From positions 496,001 through 560,000 of the forward strand of contig CP154954.1 of NCBI GenBank assembly GCA_039621445.1: DNA of 64,000 nucleotides, written 5' to 3'. This document shows, one piece after another, positions 61,931-64,000 of this stretch. The DNA comes from Euglena gracilis. Lineage: Eukaryota. Position 1 is the stretch's first letter. Each line of letters starts with the position of its first letter. The position numbers and the translations under genes were made by a program. A model generated the notes under the pieces. That model did no database searches. It worked only from the letters and a program-made list of their open reading frames with translations, and was not told where the DNA came from.

Positions 61931-64000
61931 TTAATCCAAAGGCTTCAATTTACGAGCAATTTCACGAGAACGATCAATTCCTTTTTCAAAACCAATAGCA
62001 GCCGCACGAGCTCTACCGGCATGCCATAAATGACCAACAAAAAAGAAGAAAGCTAAAACAAAATGAGATGTTGCCAACCAACTTCTAGGATTAACGAAAT
62101 TTACAGCATTAATCTCTGTAGCAACACCTCCAACAGAATTTAAAGACCCTAAAGGAGCATGCGTCATATATTCTGCTGCTCTACGTTCTTGCCAAGGCTG
62201 AACATCATTTTTTAACTTATTTAAATCTAAAACATTAGTACCACAAAAATGCTCTAACCATTCACCACTAACATCCCCACAACAAAAAGTAGTTTTTCCA
62301 AAAATAAAAATTATAAAGAAAATACCCATTTACAAAATGTAAAAAACGATTTACGTTATACAGCTTTTTTAATATTTCCAAAAAAAATTTTCCTGAACAA
62401 AACACAAAATGAATAATTTCAACTTAATTTTCATCTTATTAAAGTAAATAAAAATTTAAAACTAAAATAATTCAAGAATTATCAACCTTAAAAGAAAAAT
62501 TATAAATTATATGTTTACTCCCATTTTTATTAAAAAGATCTATTTAACATTATTATTCAATGAAAAAAATTTAATAATTAAAAATCTCCAAACCACACTT
62601 ATATTACAAAAAAAATAACAAACAAAGTGAAAACGTTATTAAACTTATAAAAAAACAACAATTAAAAAATAAAGTATATTTACATTAACATATATCAATA
62701 TCACACTCATAGTTTCACCACCAAAAATGATTTCGCCAGTAGGAGACTTCATTAAATAATTAAACTAGAGAAAAACCTGTTAACAAACATTGCAAGACTC
62801 AAAGAAGTCAAAATGCTTTGAAAAAAACTATTAATAAAAATCAAACTAATTTTTTGTTATAAAGTTTGAATAAAACTAAAACAATATAAAAAACTGATCA
62901 ATTTTATAAAAAAAATAATTACTATTTCAAAATCAATTAAGATTTTAAAAATAAAAATTTTATCATCATACATCCTAATATATTTTTAGCAAAACTTTGA
63001 ATAAAATTTCAAAAAATTAAATACGATTGCTATAAAAACATCAAACATTTTAAACAACGCACTTTACCTAATCCCGTTGGACCTTGTGCAGAAGCTATGT
63101 TTGTACCTAAACGTTGGTCACGAATCAAAAATGTAAAAGCTTGAGCTTGAGATGCTTCAGGGCCTGTTGGACCATAAAATTCACTAGGATATACGGTATT
63201 ATTAAACCACACCATTGGCACAGCTATAAATCCCATTGTAGCAACAGCACCAAGACTATAGGACAAATAAGCTTCACCAGACCAAACGAAAGTACGAACA
63301 ACCCATGGCGATGGTCTAGAACAAATATGCCAAAATCCTCCTGAAACTAAAAGAATTCCAATCCAAATATGGCCACCAATAACATCTTCCATACTGTCAA
63401 CACTAACGATTCCTAGTAGAAAATACAGTAATGTGATTCCCTAAAAAAATCGTGCATGCATTTTTCAATGCACACGACTTACAAAATATTATTATAAAAT
63501 ATGTTTAAAATAATTTTTAATAATCTTGAACAATTAAAATAAATTATTTTTTATTTAAATAATTGAATTTTTAATTCAAAAATAAAATTTGAAAGTTTTC
63601 AGAATCGTAAAAATAAAAGTTACAATTATTCTAACTTTGTTTTTTGTGAAGATTCACAAATCTTAAAATATCAAATTAGCAATAAAAAATAAAATAAAAT
63701 GATTTATTATAAAAATATAAAATTCATAATGCTAAATTTTTGTTATTTCCATACTTTTATTTTAATTATAAAAATGTAAGTTCAAAAAAAAGGCCTAACT
63801 TAAAATTGTAAGTAATATTTATTAGAAAGAAGAAAATAAACAAAATTAAAAAATTTTATATACAAGGCCCTTAAATTTCCACTTAATTTATAAACCTAAA
63901 AATTAAAAATAAAAATTAATTATTTATTAAGTGCTTCATTTTACTAGAATGTCCCGAAACAAAGTAATATGCTTAATATTAGAATAATAAAAGTTAAAAA
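61931..64000 (-). CDS. psbC: CP43, last three exons plus upstream intron (copy 3, partial, with substitution cluster)
   Basis: ORFs 61931-62329 and 63030-63392; runs off the window. Confidence 0.93.

Overview
Euglenid chloroplast DNA. Gene order, proteins and intron sizes match what I know of Euglena gracilis. Only about 29 kb is unique (about 14.6-43.6 kb), and it is presented as a zig-zag of four alternately oriented segments joined by three fold-backs centred near 14585, 43623 and 56656. Native order on + in the unique segment: psaB(-, partial), psaA(-), trnK(-), petG(-), trnD(-), psbI(-), rpl20, rps12, rps7, tufA, ycf4, trnQ, trnS, trnfM(-), trnG(-), trnT(-), psbK, ycf12/psb30, psaM, trnR, a 1.9 kb spacer, psbA(-), trnL(-), psbC(-, partial). 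There are many group II and III introns, two group III twintrons (psbK intron 2, psbC intron 4) and two intron-encoded maturases (ycf13/mat1 and the 3' end of mat2). The fold-back apices contain garbled sequence and the outer copies carry error clusters, so the palindromic structure is most likely an amplification or long-read chimera, though hairpin plastid molecules cannot be excluded from sequence alone. Oddities shared by all copies: D1 Pro->Ser near the C-terminus, S7 Gly->Arg, an rpl20 frameshift in an A16 run, and two decayed ORF-like spacers. I found no convincing undescribed biological system.
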